DNA from: Gemmatimonadales bacterium
GTDB taxonomy: Bacteria; Gemmatimonadota; Gemmatimonadetes; Gemmatimonadales; GWC2-71-9
DNA length: 64,000 nucleotides
Direction: 5' to 3'
Assembly: GCA_041615815.1 (NCBI GenBank)
Contig: JBFJCP010000013.1
Span: 1-64,000 of the forward strand
Shown: positions 29,026 to 38,776 of the stretch, piece after piece
How positions within the stretch are numbered: position 1 is the first letter of the stretch
Layout of the letters: every line of letters starts with the position of its first letter
Translations under genes and position numbers: made by a program
Notes under the pieces: generated by a model
Told to the model about the DNA's origin: nothing
What the model saw: the letters and a program-made list of their open reading frames with translations, nothing else
Database searches by the model: none

Positions 29026-30966
29026 CTAGCAGGACAAGCAATTGTGGTTGTTCTTGGACCCCAGGCTCTCGAGCAGCTTCACCGTTTCCGGGAATGGTTG
29101 AACCCGCTGCACCGGACCGTTGGCCATGTCTGCCGTTGTTTGTCCCTGCCGGCTCACGGCCGTGACGTCGGCACCCTGCCCTACTAAATAATGAATCAGT
29201 TCGTTGTCGCCCCGCGCCGCCGCGTGGTGCAGCGGCGTAAACCCGTTGAGGTCCCGAGCGTTCACATCAGCGCCGTGCTCCTCCACCAGGTATTTCACTG
29301 CGGCCACCCAGTGGTCCGGCACATGCCGGTGCGCGTTGGCAGCGTACCCCTCACCATAGCCCACGCCCGATGCGGCGTGAATGGGATAGACCGCCGGCCC
29401 ACCCACGGGAACCGGAGGGAGTCCCGAGTGATCCTTCTCCTCTTGGTTTCCGCGGCGCCTCCGGTAACGGCGTTCAGGGACCTTCTGTGTCGCGATCGTG
29501 GGATCCGCCCCGTACGCTACCAGCAGTCTCATCGCCTCCACGTCCAGTGCATAGGCCGCGCGCCAGAACGGCGTTGCCCCTTTGGTATCGACACCCAAGA
29601 GATCAAACGTGTACGACATATACCAGAGATGCTTGGCGAGCCGGACGTTCGGGTCCGCCCCGGCGTCCAGGAGCGCTTTCATGACTTCGAGATACGTTGC
29701 CCGCTGCTGGGTGTAGGCCTGTTGTTGCGGATACCGAGCTTTGGGCGCCCATTGCATGTTGATGGTGGTGTAGAGGGGCGTGGCTCCTGCATCGCTCGCG
29801 AGGTTGGGGTCCGCTCCACGCTCGAGGAGCACCAACGCCAGGTCGAAGTGGCCGTTGATCGTCGCCATCAGGAGCGGGCTCGTGTGATCCCCCGCACTCA
29901 CCTGATTGATGTCCGCTCCGGCGTCCACGAGCGCCAGCGACGCATCGACGTTGCCCTCCCGGACTGCGTGAAGCAGCGCCGTGAGACCACCGTGGGTGCC
30001 TACGAGATCTGCATAGGAATCAGGCCGGCCTTCGCGAGGGGCCGGCTGGGAGGGTTCCGCCTGGGCGGCGCTCGGATCCCCCTGCGGTCGCTGCTCGCGA
30101 CGTGCCTGCGGTCGCTGGGTGGAGTCCGCCGCGGGTCCCAGCTCGGTCCGGAATGCGGCGTCCGCCTTGTTCCGGAGATCCGACTCCTCGGCTGCCGCTC
30201 CCGGCGTCTGCTTGGCCGCCTGGACCGCCGCCTGCACCTGGCTCGGCGCGGGGCGCCAGTTGGGTCCCTGCTCGGCGCGGAAGGCGGCGAGTACCTGATC
30301 TCGTCGGCGGGCCGCCGCTCGATCCGCTTCGGATCGGACGGGGATGTCCACCACCTTCGTCGTCAACGCGGCATCAGCCCCCCGCTGAACCAGGACGGCG
30401 ATCGCATCCACCCGATTGTACGCCGCCGCCCACATGATCGGCGTCTGTCCCCACGAGGACTCCGTGGCGTTCACGTCGGCGCCATGGTCCAAGAGCACGG
30501 TGACGGCTTCCGCGCCGCCGGGGCCGGCGGCAAAATGGAGCGGGGTGGCCCCACCCGTGGTGGTCGTCGCATTGGGGTCGGCACCCGCCTTCAATAGTGC
30601 CCGGATGACCGATGCATGCCCGACCCGACTCGCCAGATGGAGCGGTGTGTGGTCGCCGATCCGGGTCACAGCCGCCACGTTGGCCCCCGCCGATAGCAGG
30701 ATCTTGGTCAACTCCACGTTGCCGTTCTCCGCCGCCCAATGGAGCGCCGTCATGCCGTCGCCTTGGGCGGCGTTGACATCGGCCCCCTGTCGGAGCAGAG
30801 CGCGGACGGCTTTCACGTCGTCGAGCTCGGCGGCGTCCGCGACTGGAGAATCGGGCGGGGAGGCTGAACGGGCGGGCGTGGCGAAAGTAGCGGCGAGGGA
30901 TACCATGATCGCCAGGCCGAGGTAACCAGCCCGGTTCCGTCCTACAAGCCGTCTCCTTCGCACCAT
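29026..30966 (-). CDS. Exported ankyrin-repeat protein with C-terminal CxSC
   Basis: Many GxTALH/TPLH ankyrin repeats; N-terminal hydrophobic signal; ends NNHNCLSC. Confidence 0.9.
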   Translation of the reverse strand: MVRRRRLVGRNRAGYLGLAIMVSLAATFATPARSASPPDSPVADAAELDDVKAVRALLRQGADVNAAQGDGMTALHWAAENGNVELTKILLSAGANVAAVTRIGDHTPLHLASRVGHASVIRALLKAGADPNATTTTGGATPLHFAAGPGGAEAVTVLLDHGADVNATESSWGQTPIMWAAAYNRVDAIAVLVQRGADAALTTKVVDIPVRSEADRAAARRRDQVLAAFRAEQGPNWRPAPSQVQAAVQAAKQTPGAAAEESDLRNKADAAFRTELGPAADSTQRPQARREQRPQGDPSAAQAEPSQPAPREGRPDSYADLVGTHGGLTALLHAVREGNVDASLALVDAGADINQVSAGDHTSPLLMATINGHFDLALVLLERGADPNLASDAGATPLYTTINMQWAPKARYPQQQAYTQQRATYLEVMKALLDAGADPNVRLAKHLWYMSYTFDLLGVDTKGATPFWRAAYALDVEAMRLLVAYGADPTIATQKVPERRYRRRRGNQEEKDHSGLPPVPVGGPAVYPIHAASGVGYGEGYAANAHRHVPDHWVAAVKYLVEEHGADVNARDLNGFTPLHHAAARGDNELIHYLVGQGADVTAVSRQGQTTADMANGPVQRVQPFPETVKLLESLGSKNNHNCLSC

Positions 30967-30995
30967 GCTCCTACTCCTTCGACCCTCGTCTGGTC

Positions 30996-32384
30996 TCAGA
31001 CCGCGAACGGCCCCGTGCTATCGCCAAAGCTTTCGACGTCGTCGAGTCCGAGCTTGTGCAGCAGCGTGAGCATGACATTGGCCATGGGCGTTCCATCCGG
31101 GGCTTTGAGATGGAGATTCCCCTCGAGCTTCTTGTTCGCCCCACCCACCACGAAGAGCGGGCATCGCCGGTGGTTGTGTAGGTTTCCGTCCGCCATGGGT
31201 GACCCATAGATCACCATGGTCTTGTCCAGCAGGTTCGCCTCGCCCTCCATCGTGCTCTTCAGCTTCTCCAGGAAGTACGGGACCATACTGACGTGGTACT
31301 TGTTGATCTTGTTGAAGTCGAGGATCGCGCCCTCGTTGCCCCCATGGTGGGATGCGGGGTGGAACGGCTTGTCCGTCCCGCTCTCGGGATAGACCCGAGC
31401 GGAGGAGTCCCGCCCCAGCTTGAACGAAAACACGCGGGTCATGTTCGACGCGAACGCCAGCACCTGGAGGTCGAACATGAGCTTCACATGTTCCGCGAAC
31501 GAGTCGGGCACGCCGGCTGGCGCCTGGGGCAACTGCCGTGTCTCGCCGCTCGTATTGTGCACCTCGATGCGCTGGATCCGCCGCTCGATCTCGCGGATGT
31601 TGTCCAGGTACTGATCCATCCGCTGACGGTCGTCCGGACCGAGTTGCTGTTTGAGCTCTGTCACGCGGCCGGTGATCCAATCGAGGATGCTCCGGTCCGT
31701 GCGGCGGCGGGCGGCTCGTTCTTCCGGGGTACCGCCGACGCCGAAGAGCTGTTCGAACACGACCCGGGGATCCCGAATCATGGGCAGCGGCTCGGTGGGC
31801 GAGGCCCAGCTGATGGTGTCGGTGTACACGCAGGTATAGCCGTAGGCGCACCCGCCCGACTGGTTGATGTTCTCGATACACAACTGCATGGACGGGATGG
31901 GCGTATCCTGACCGTATCGCTGCGCGTACATCTGGTCCAACGACGTCCCCACGTACACGTCGGAGCCTTCGGTCTGCTTGGGGTGCGCCTGCGTCAAGAA
32001 CACCGCACTCGAGCGGAAGTGATCGCCGCCCACCTCCTCGGGCTCGAACGCTTCGGCCATCTGCACATCGGTGTTGCTGACGATCGTGAGGTAGTCTTGA
32101 AACGGCTGGAGTGGGCTCAAGGCACTGGAGCTCAAGTCGAAGTCATGACCCATCGTGGATGGCGCCCACAGATGTTGCGACGCCCCCCAATCACTGCACC
32201 CCGCGGCGCCGTGCACCATCTCGATACACACCAGACGCGTCGGCTCGGTGGCGCGACCCGCCTTCGTCAGTGCCAGGAGTTTTCGGGCCGGGATCATCGC
32301 GTCCAGCAGGGGCAGCGCCACCGTTGCGCCGAGACCACGTAACACCGTGCGGCGGGAGAGGTGTTTTTGGGTAAGGAATTCCAT
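30996..32384 (-). CDS. DUF1552 (HXXSHH) domain protein, Tat-type signal
   Basis: LSRRTVLRGLGATVALPLLDAM, GGDH, FHPASHH, GNLHNH. Confidence 0.88.
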   Translation of the reverse strand: MEFLTQKHLSRRTVLRGLGATVALPLLDAMIPARKLLALTKAGRATEPTRLVCIEMVHGAAGCSDWGASQHLWAPSTMGHDFDLSSSALSPLQPFQDYLTIVSNTDVQMAEAFEPEEVGGDHFRSSAVFLTQAHPKQTEGSDVYVGTSLDQMYAQRYGQDTPIPSMQLCIENINQSGGCAYGYTCVYTDTISWASPTEPLPMIRDPRVVFEQLFGVGGTPEERAARRRTDRSILDWITGRVTELKQQLGPDDRQRMDQYLDNIREIERRIQRIEVHNTSGETRQLPQAPAGVPDSFAEHVKLMFDLQVLAFASNMTRVFSFKLGRDSSARVYPESGTDKPFHPASHHGGNEGAILDFNKINKYHVSMVPYFLEKLKSTMEGEANLLDKTMVIYGSPMADGNLHNHRRCPLFVVGGANKKLEGNLHLKAPDGTPMANVMLTLLHKLGLDDVESFGDSTGPFAV

Positions 32385-32498
32385 TGGGTCTCCTGAGCTA
32401 ATCCTCGACTGCCCCTCTGGCTTCCATTGTCGCCGCTGCCTGTGACGAGGCAGGCGGCGGAAGGCAGAGGTGACAGGAGCAGTAGAACGACACTGATC

Positions 32499-34988
32499 TC
32501 ACATCCCCGCCCCATCTTCGACGGCGGCGGTCCCCGTCGTACTCATTTGAAACGCCTCGCTCTTCACCACACCCAGGATGAAGGACGACATGCGATAGTC
32601 CGTGGCCTCGGCATCCCTGACGATCGCCCGAATGGTGGGTTGGTCGTAGTACTCCACCCGCCTGCCCAGGGCGTAGGCCATGAGATTGGCCGTGAAGTTT
32701 CGGATCAACGGCACCGGCCGCTGGAGGAGCGCCTGTCGCAGGTCCTCGGGCGACTCGACGGGCGTTCCGTCGTACAGTTGGCCCCGCGTATCGAGCGGCA
32801 TCCCATTTTCCCGGATGCGCCACTTACCGGTCACGTCGAAGTTGTCCAGCGCGAGCCCAATGGGATCCATGAACTGATGACACGCTCGGCAGACGGGGTT
32901 CGTGCGATGGAGCTCCATCCGCTCACGCGTGGTGAGGAACCGGCCGTCCTTGGACCCCTCAGTCTCCTCGAGGTCGGGGATTCCCGGCGGAGGCGGTGGT
33001 GGTGGTGTGCCCAGCAGCACTTCCATCACCCACTTGCCCCTGAGCACCGGTGAGGTGCGACCGGCATGCGAGGTGAGCGTGAGAATGCTGCCGTGGCCAA
33101 ACAGCCCACGGCGCTTGTCGTCGGGATACTGGACGCGTCGAAACTCGCTGCCCGTGACGTTCGCAATCCCGTAGTGCCTGGCCAGTGGCTCGTTCACGAA
33201 CGTGTAGTCGGCGGAGAACAGATCGAGCACGCTCCGGTCTTCACGGACGAGGCTGTTGAAGAACAGCTCGGTCTCGCGTCGCATGGCGCGCGCGAGCTGC
33301 TGGTGAAAATCGGGGTAGAGAAGCCGATCCGGGTGCACTTTCGCCAGATCTTCCAAACGAAGCCACTGGGCCGCGAACCTCGAGCCCAGAGCGTCGCCGC
33401 GTCGATGGACCAACATGCGCCGTACCTGCTGCTCGAGCACCACGGGATTCGACAGTCGGTCCTCGAGCGCGAGGCTCATGAGCTGGTCGTCCGGCGGCGT
33501 CCCCCACAAGAAGAAGGAAAGACGTGACGCCAGATCCACGTCGCTGATTCGAAAGGGCACTCCCGGCTGTGCCGAGCGGGGGAGTTCCTCGAGTCGGAAC
33601 ACGAAATCCGGACTCGCGAGCATGGCCTGGAGGGCCGTCTGGATCCCTGCTTCGAATCCGCCCTCGGCCCCGGCTTCGTAGAACGCCAGCAACGGTGCAC
33701 GGTCAACAGCCGTGACTGGCCGCCGGTACGCTTTCGCAGCCAAGCGAGTAATGATTTGCTCGGCGCAGGGCCGCTCCTCGTTTGGCGCCGTGGGCCGGCA
33801 CGTGAAGATCGCCTTCCGGCTGGGCGTCTCGGAGACGCCGGTGGGGTCGTACGGACCAACCACCACGAGATCCTTGAGATGGGCCAGGGCTGTGATCCCG
33901 TATCCGCTGACGCCAATCTGCCGATCGGCCAGTGACCAATCGTGCGGAGACAATAGGTCCTCCACGGGACCTTCGAACTGCCGAAGGAACGCCGCGGTCA
34001 CCCGATGCGGACCCGCTCGCACGAAGATCGGGTCCGTTTCCATGTTCACGCCGTTGGGATCCGACACATGCATCCACCGATCCACGTCCAGCAACGCGAC
34101 CCGCTCACGGTTCACGGAAATCTCGAGTTGCTCGCCATTCGCGATCTGCCCGTAGAATCCACCGGTGGTCGTGTGCTCAAACGCCAACTTGAAGACGTAC
34201 TCACCATCGGCAGGAAAGTTGTGCACGACCGAAAGGCCACCCCGGGTGCCGCGCGGCGCGCCCTCGACCCGCTCCCATTGTGAGACATAGCCAGGGTTCG
34301 TGTACGTCTTGGAGCTCACAGCCGCGTCGGGATCGCCCACGGCGAGGCGGCTGATGTCGGCCGCCGCGCGGAGGTAGGCATCGAGCAGCGTCGGCGAGAG
34401 CAATTGGACGTCCGCGATGTTGTCGAAGTTGGCGCTCTTGGTGTCGAGCGGCAGGTAATCGCCGGCGTCGATGTCGAGGGTCAGGAGGTCGTGGATCGCC
34501 TGTCGATACTCGGCGCGATTGAGCCGTTGGAAGGTCCGGCGGCCGGGGTTGGGGTTGGCGGCCACCGCCGAATCGATACGATGCTCCAGCTGCATCCGGA
34601 GCAGCGCGAGCGTGTCACCTGCTGGTCGCGGCATGCCTGGCGGTGGCATCATGCCGGCCGCGAGCTTGCGGATCATCTTCTCAGCCGTTTCAGCGTTCTC
34701 GTACGCCTTGGCAACATCGAACGCGGAGAGGCTCAGGTTGGCGGTAAGGGCGTGGTCGTTGTGACAGATAGCGCACGTTCGCTGGACGATGGCGGTAAAG
34801 ACCGCGGCGCTGGTGTCGGCAACGTGGGCATAGCGACTGGGTCGCTCAGGAACCTGCAAACCGGGCGTGGGAATCGCAGAAGGGGGTGCGACCCCGGCTG
34901 CCGCCCTTTCGGGCACTGGGCCGGCGCGAGTGGAGAGACCAGCGGCGAGCAGTACGGTGCCGAGGATCGTCAAGGCGAACGTCTTCAT
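32499..34988 (-). CDS. DUF1592/1587/1595/1588/1585 planctomycete-type cytochrome c protein
   Basis: CAICH and CRACH haem motifs; MMPPP, RLNRAEY, LASRLSFFLW..PD, TSPVLRGKW; start ATG 34988. Confidence 0.9.
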   Translation of the reverse strand: MKTFALTILGTVLLAAGLSTRAGPVPERAAAGVAPPSAIPTPGLQVPERPSRYAHVADTSAAVFTAIVQRTCAICHNDHALTANLSLSAFDVAKAYENAETAEKMIRKLAAGMMPPPGMPRPAGDTLALLRMQLEHRIDSAVAANPNPGRRTFQRLNRAEYRQAIHDLLTLDIDAGDYLPLDTKSANFDNIADVQLLSPTLLDAYLRAAADISRLAVGDPDAAVSSKTYTNPGYVSQWERVEGAPRGTRGGLSVVHNFPADGEYVFKLAFEHTTTGGFYGQIANGEQLEISVNRERVALLDVDRWMHVSDPNGVNMETDPIFVRAGPHRVTAAFLRQFEGPVEDLLSPHDWSLADRQIGVSGYGITALAHLKDLVVVGPYDPTGVSETPSRKAIFTCRPTAPNEERPCAEQIITRLAAKAYRRPVTAVDRAPLLAFYEAGAEGGFEAGIQTALQAMLASPDFVFRLEELPRSAQPGVPFRISDVDLASRLSFFLWGTPPDDQLMSLALEDRLSNPVVLEQQVRRMLVHRRGDALGSRFAAQWLRLEDLAKVHPDRLLYPDFHQQLARAMRRETELFFNSLVREDRSVLDLFSADYTFVNEPLARHYGIANVTGSEFRRVQYPDDKRRGLFGHGSILTLTSHAGRTSPVLRGKWVMEVLLGTPPPPPPPGIPDLEETEGSKDGRFLTTRERMELHRTNPVCRACHQFMDPIGLALDNFDVTGKWRIRENGMPLDTRGQLYDGTPVESPEDLRQALLQRPVPLIRNFTANLMAYALGRRVEYYDQPTIRAIVRDAEATDYRMSSFILGVVKSEAFQMSTTGTAAVEDGAGM

Positions 34989-35305
34989 TCCTGCCTCCAG
35001 CACGCGGCCCAGCAAGCGCCTGCACCATTCAACAAACGCTCGGACCGGCTCCAGCGAGCCTGATGCCCGGGCGTTGTGCAAGTTACATGTGTTACAACAA
35101 GATACGTCCGATCGGGGCTTTTGGCCAGTCGAACGAAACGCCTGGCTGTTTCTCAGTGTTGCGATTCACCCCATGCGGAACCGTGAGGGGATTCACAGAA
35201 CGCTGTGCGCTTCATCTCGCTCACCGAGTCCATGACGCGCGTCTCTTGGCAGCCCTGAAGGCCTAATGCGCGCAGCGGTGGTCGCTTACCGGACACATGA
35301 CTCGT

Positions 35306-36721
35306 TCATCGAGCTGGTTCGATCTCCACCGCGATGTCTCTCCACGCTCCCTGCCGAAATCGCACCATACTCAGCGCCGAACGTGTGAGGTGACCCAGCA
35401 CGATGGCGAGCCAGATGTCTCCAGGTCTGAGACCGCGTGCGGCCTGGATGATTCCGCACATGCCGAGTGGCACCACGAGCTGCGAGACGAGCGAGATGTA
35501 GAGCGGGCTTCGCGTATCCCCGGTTCCCTGCAGGCCACCCGTGTACGCGAGCGCGACGGTCACGAACAGGCCCGAGATGCTCAGGTAGGCAAGCAGCTGC
35601 ACGCCAAGCTCCACTACGGTGGGCTCATCCATGCCGAAGAGCCCCAACAACACGCGGGGGAAAAGGATGAAGAGGAGACCGAAAACCCCTGCAACGGCCA
35701 AGCCAATGAGCGACGCGACATGCACGCCGTGGATCGAGCGATCCGGGTGCCCGGCGCCGAGATTCTGGCCGGCCACGGCGGCGGCGGCACCCATGAGGCC
35801 CACCGACGTCCACGTGATCAGCGAGAAGAGTTGCGTATAGCCCACCGCATACGCGGCTTGAGCCTGTCCGCTCTGTGCCAACGAACCGATGAAGCTCAAG
35901 AGAATGACGCCCCCGATGTTCATGACGACACCTTGAATGCCGGTGGGGATACCGAACCTGAACAGGGCGCGAATGATCGACCAATCCGGCTTGAGGCTCA
36001 TACCGCGGTGAAAATGCACGACCCAGCGGTGAGAGAAGAAGAGCCGGTGCACCGCCACCAGACTCAAGACGCCACCGGCGATGACGGTGCCCATGGCCGC
36101 CCCCGCGGTTCCGAACGCGGGGATAGGTCCGAGACCGCGAATGAAGACGACATTCAGCACCAGGTTCAGGACCGTCAACGCAATGCCATAGCGAAGTGGC
36201 GTGCGGGCGTCACCGGCGGATCGGAGGGCCCCGGCCAGCAGGTAGAAGACCATCATGCCGAAGCTGAACAGGAACATGATGCGGAGATATGGCAACGCTT
36301 CAGCCCGTACGTCTGTCGTCGCATTGACGAGCCCCAACAGCGGCGGCGCGAGGAAGTAGCCGAGAGGTGCGAGGACGCCGACCGACAACACAGCGGCGGT
36401 GAGAAACGCTTGATAGACGCTCCGATTCACTTTCTCGGACTCGTTGGCTCCGGCAAACCGCGCCACGAGCACGCCCATGCCGGTAAACAGCGATGCAATG
36501 AAGACCATGACGACGAGGAAGATCTGCCAGGCCACCCCGATAGCAGCATTGCCGGTGTATCCCACGTAGTGTCCGACCATGGCGTGATCCACGATCCCCT
36601 GGAGTCCGCCAATTACGTTTTGCAGCATCGTAGGCCACGCAAGCATCCAGACCGCGCGGGGGATGGAGCCCTCGACGATGGATCGGTCAAACGACTTCTT
36701 GGGTCTGGACGGTCCGGCCAT
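35306..36721 (-). CDS. MATE family efflux transporter
   Basis: About 12 TM helices; LAWP, DHAMVG, GDARTPL, GAAMGT, GQNLGA, GDTRSPL. Confidence 0.92.
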   Translation of the reverse strand: MAGPSRPKKSFDRSIVEGSIPRAVWMLAWPTMLQNVIGGLQGIVDHAMVGHYVGYTGNAAIGVAWQIFLVVMVFIASLFTGMGVLVARFAGANESEKVNRSVYQAFLTAAVLSVGVLAPLGYFLAPPLLGLVNATTDVRAEALPYLRIMFLFSFGMMVFYLLAGALRSAGDARTPLRYGIALTVLNLVLNVVFIRGLGPIPAFGTAGAAMGTVIAGGVLSLVAVHRLFFSHRWVVHFHRGMSLKPDWSIIRALFRFGIPTGIQGVVMNIGGVILLSFIGSLAQSGQAQAAYAVGYTQLFSLITWTSVGLMGAAAAVAGQNLGAGHPDRSIHGVHVASLIGLAVAGVFGLLFILFPRVLLGLFGMDEPTVVELGVQLLAYLSISGLFVTVALAYTGGLQGTGDTRSPLYISLVSQLVVPLGMCGIIQAARGLRPGDIWLAIVLGHLTRSALSMVRFRQGAWRDIAVEIEPAR

Positions 36722-36812
36722 TTAGTCGATTGCGAAAAGAAGCGGGTGTGAGGCGGGCGGAACACAGGCAACCGTGGCACCCTCCCGGTGACCCGGGGAG
36801 GGGTCGGACCTG

Positions 36813-36850
36813 AGAGAGCCGACGTTCGCAACTGGCCACGTCGGCTCTCT
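36813..36850. terminator. Perfect 13-bp inverted repeat downstream of the DinB gene (terminator or RNA-stabilising hairpin)
   Basis: AGAGAGCCGACGT-N12-ACGTCGGCTCTCT; no clear U-tract. Confidence 0.5.
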
Positions 36851-36903
36851 AGGCACGATGTTCACGCGCTCAGGCGTTCGTCGTGTTCTCGGCCGAAAAC
36901 GGG

Positions 36904-37440
36904 TCAGCTACCGAAATCCGGATAGTCCGCCGTGGGTCCGAGCGTCTGTGGCACCTTGGCCCCCGCCAGGCGGAGGTACACCGTGAGCTGCGCCCGGTGA
37001 TGGATCAGATGGTTCATCACGAACCGACGCATCACACCCACACGCGGCCCGCTGAACAACGAGGCGCCACCCTTCTTGAGCGTCCACGACTTCATGAACT
37101 GTTCGTCGCCCGCTCCCTCGATGATTGTTCTCGCCTTTTTGGCGTTCTCGTCAAAAATGGCGAGCAGCTTGGCGACACTCTCCGTCTCAGCGGGCGTATA
37201 GCCGGGCCCATCCGGCGGGTCGATATCGAGCTCGTCATGATTGAGGGTCTGTTCGGTCCATCCCGGAATCTCGGCAACATGGGCAGCGAGGCGACTCAGT
37301 GTCATCGACTTGTCGTGTGGCTGCCAGCTCAGCTTCTTTTCCGGAACGTTCTCCAACACCTTCCGGGTCGCCTGCATCTCCATGTCGAACTCCGGTAACA
37401 AACCTTGGGCAATCATGTTCGTTGCGGTCTTCATGGCCAT
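36904..37440 (-). CDS. DinB family protein
   Basis: WQPHDKSMTLSRLAAHVAE and NHLIHHRAQLTVYLRL; GGAGG RBS at ATG 37440. Confidence 0.9.
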   Translation of the reverse strand: MAMKTATNMIAQGLLPEFDMEMQATRKVLENVPEKKLSWQPHDKSMTLSRLAAHVAEIPGWTEQTLNHDELDIDPPDGPGYTPAETESVAKLLAIFDENAKKARTIIEGAGDEQFMKSWTLKKGGASLFSGPRVGVMRRFVMNHLIHHRAQLTVYLRLAGAKVPQTLGPTADYPDFGS

Positions 37441-37767
37441 CGCACACCTCCGTGAATGGGAACGAGCGTCGCAACATTCAAGCGTAACCGCCAGCTCGAA
37501 GGCGCGGAAGACCGAGGGTCGGGGCGGCTGAATACGGAACGGACCCCTCCCACGCGGGTAGCATGCTTGTCTGGTACGTGAATCCGTTTGAACGCCACCG
37601 CTTCGCTCGACGCACCCCGCAGGAACGACGCGTTTGCTTCGATGGGCTGAGCGGCCAGGTGAGTGTTTTCTCGGGATAAGTAAAGGTTGCAGGGACAGGC
37701 AGCAGCGACCGACGAGAGCAACAGGGACAGATGAGGTAACCTCCCCCGCCACCCCTACCACACCGCT

Positions 37768-38583
37768 TTACTTCGAACCCGGCTCATCCCCCAATGCAAG
37801 CAAGTCCTTCCGTATCCCTCCCTGGAGAATATCCCAGGTCAGCCCCATGGACGTGGCGTAAGCACCGTCTGGATGATCCACGAACCACACGTGGAGCATT
37901 TCGGGACTCTGGTAGCCGGCGAACTTGCCCTGCTCGCAGCGGATACCGTTCGCGGTTTCCTTGGCCGACGACATCTGCATCTCGTGAATGCAGGCGGGGT
38001 CGGCGTACTGATGGTAGTGCCACACCGTGAGGGGACCAGCGATCTGGGGACCGCGTTCCTCCGGCGTTCTCACGAAGTACATGACACCCACCAGGAGCAT
38101 CCCCTCCGGCGTGTCGTAGAACATGAGATACTCCGGGTGCTCGGGATCCAGCATCCGGTCGTCCAGGGAGTTCGCGGTGTTGACGAAGTGGATGGACACG
38201 GTGGCATCGGGCTTGTGGGGAGCAAAACCGTCTTTCGTGGCCTTCTCGAAGTCGAACCAGCCCTTTTGTCTGGCGGTGAGAAACGTTTGCACCACGAACT
38301 CGTCGGCTGCCGCGATTTGCTGTGGCGTCGGAGGACAATTGGGATGGTACCGCGATACCTCGATGATGCGGTACTCCGGGGCGGTCAGCGTCGATTCCGG
38401 GAGCCACTGTCCTCGCTCGGTCCCCCGATACGCGAGGTCCCTCGCGAAGTACTCCTTACCGCAGTTGGCCTCGGGGGCATGGCCCGCGGCGCCCTGAGTC
38501 TGCGCCGCGACTGGCGCCACCCCGACGGCTGCCGTGGCGGCGAGCATCCAGAAAACGAAGGTTTGTGTGCGCGTCACCATCAT
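37768..38583 (-). CDS. Secreted hypothetical protein with conserved His motifs (paralogue of 21666-22493)
   Basis: Signal peptide; GF..IHFVN..LDPEHPEYLMFY..LVGVMY..WHYH..MLHVW..HPDGAY. Confidence 0.7.
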   Translation of the reverse strand: MMVTRTQTFVFWMLAATAAVGVAPVAAQTQGAAGHAPEANCGKEYFARDLAYRGTERGQWLPESTLTAPEYRIIEVSRYHPNCPPTPQQIAAADEFVVQTFLTARQKGWFDFEKATKDGFAPHKPDATVSIHFVNTANSLDDRMLDPEHPEYLMFYDTPEGMLLVGVMYFVRTPEERGPQIAGPLTVWHYHQYADPACIHEMQMSSAKETANGIRCEQGKFAGYQSPEMLHVWFVDHPDGAYATSMGLTWDILQGGIRKDLLALGDEPGSK

Positions 38584-38776
38584 GGTCTCTGCGAATGGAC
38601 GGCTCGTGACTCCTGGCACTGCCGCCAGCGTGATCGAAATGTCCAGCCTTAGATAAAGGAAAGCAAGCAGCGGTGGCGGCAACGAGTTGGATGCAAGCAC
38701 CCAGCTGCAGTTGAGACCCGTTCACCAAGCAGGTACATTCGCCGCTTCCCCACTCATCAGGTCCCCGGAGGTGTCC

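Noticed and set aside
35297..36751. Long antisense ORFs (e.g. 1454..2962, 29191..30597, 35297..36751, 51171..52433, 53552..55471)
   Set aside because: These are shadow ORFs opposite well-supported genes, expected in high-GC DNA, with no recognisable motifs.
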